Part shown: piece by piece, positions 63,013 through 64,000 of the stretch | Layout: each line of letters opens with the position of its first letter | Numbering within the stretch: the first letter of the stretch is position 1 | Assembly: GCA_040954595.2 (NCBI GenBank) | Contig: CM082585.2 | Coordinates: 8,505,649-8,569,648 of the forward strand | Direction: 5' to 3' | Origin: Balanoglossus misakiensis | Taxonomy: Eukaryota; Animalia; Hemichordata | Length of the DNA: 64,000 nt | Position numbers and translations under genes: made by a program | Notes under the pieces: model-generated | Seen by the model: the letters and a program-made list of their open reading frames with translations, nothing else | What the model was told of the DNA's origin: nothing | The model's database searches: none

Positions 63013-64000
63013 GTTTATCTCCCTTTAACCCCCATTTCCTCGTAGATGGATTCAACCATCCATTGAAAACAATAGGACTACACCAAATCAAGATGCACTT
63101 TCTAAAACAACTGTCCTATATACCAAACTAATTCACCACAGTGCGGAAGATAACTCAATCACAGAGATGTTTGCATTCATCCTGCCGAATTGTACTGGTA
63201 TAATTCCAAACTACAAGACAAGTTAGAGAAGACAAAACATACATGTACCACTGATCCTGTACAACTGGCAACATGTGAATGTGCTAAAATTCCACTTTTG
63301 CAATGTATTTAATTATTATAAGTGTTTGCTAAACATTTACAATACTAAAAATATTATCAAATTCTACATTGCCAGTTGGTAGGTTTCACTTGTACAAGTT
63401 AGGGCACTGCAAACAGCACACTGTCTATGCTCTTTTACGGACAAAGGTTACAAACAAGTAAACATACAAACAAGCAAACATGAGACACACTCTCAAAGTT
63501 CACTTTTCATTTTTAAGTTGACTTCTGCATGACATTGGCAAGGCTGTTGTTCATTTCAGTACTTTTACGGAAAAAGAGATTTCAAATAAATTAAAATAGA
63601 TTCTAGTTGAATTTTCCATTCACACAACTTTGATGTTGAACTGGAAGAACACGGAAATCTGAACATCAGCCAAAAATCTGAAACGCCAAGAACTGAGAAG
63701 AAAACAAAGAAACTGACACAATGATGAAAGGTGAACTTTGACCTTGAACAGTGCAGAATGTTAAATACCAGTCATCGTTTTATCTTTACGGTTGCCTGGA
63801 GACAAAAAATTATGAGAAACAATCATATGATATGACAGAAAATAATTCTGTTATTCTGATCAGAAAAATGAATCTTAATAAAGTCCTTATTAAATTTATA
63901 TTCAGGGCAATCAACCTGCTTAATAGAAAATACGATCATATAATTTGTAAAAAATATCCAAAAATTTAGTTGCAGGGAAAATGATCAGTCCCCAATGAGC

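Noticed and set aside
61077-64000. Further upstream UNC80 exon or a second gene
   Set aside because: No recognisable UNC80 motif with compatible splice sites; treated as intron

Overview
Eukaryotic (animal, probably marine invertebrate deuterostome-like; taxon is inference) genomic DNA with two parts. (1) 1..~21263 is a head-to-tail array of an 87-bp AT-rich satellite (~244 copies, truncated by the window start). It shows layered variant domains and local higher-order duplications. All long + strand ORFs there arise because the monomer is 29 codons with one stop-free frame. (2) ~21365..64000 carries the 3' part of a minus-strand, intron-rich UNC80 gene (NALCN channelosome scaffold). I traced 52 GT-AG coding exons by hand (61076 to stop at 25812; 7802 nt, ~2600 codons, all junction phases consistent). 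The N-terminal exons lie beyond the window. A probable ~4.4-kb 3' UTR ends only ~100 bp from the satellite edge. Introns contain several MITE/foldback elements, a cluster of RFX X-box-like palindromes and candidate alternative exons. I found no convincing novel multi-gene system. The most notable items are the gene-satellite junction, the internal history of the array, and MITEs sitting on splice sites.
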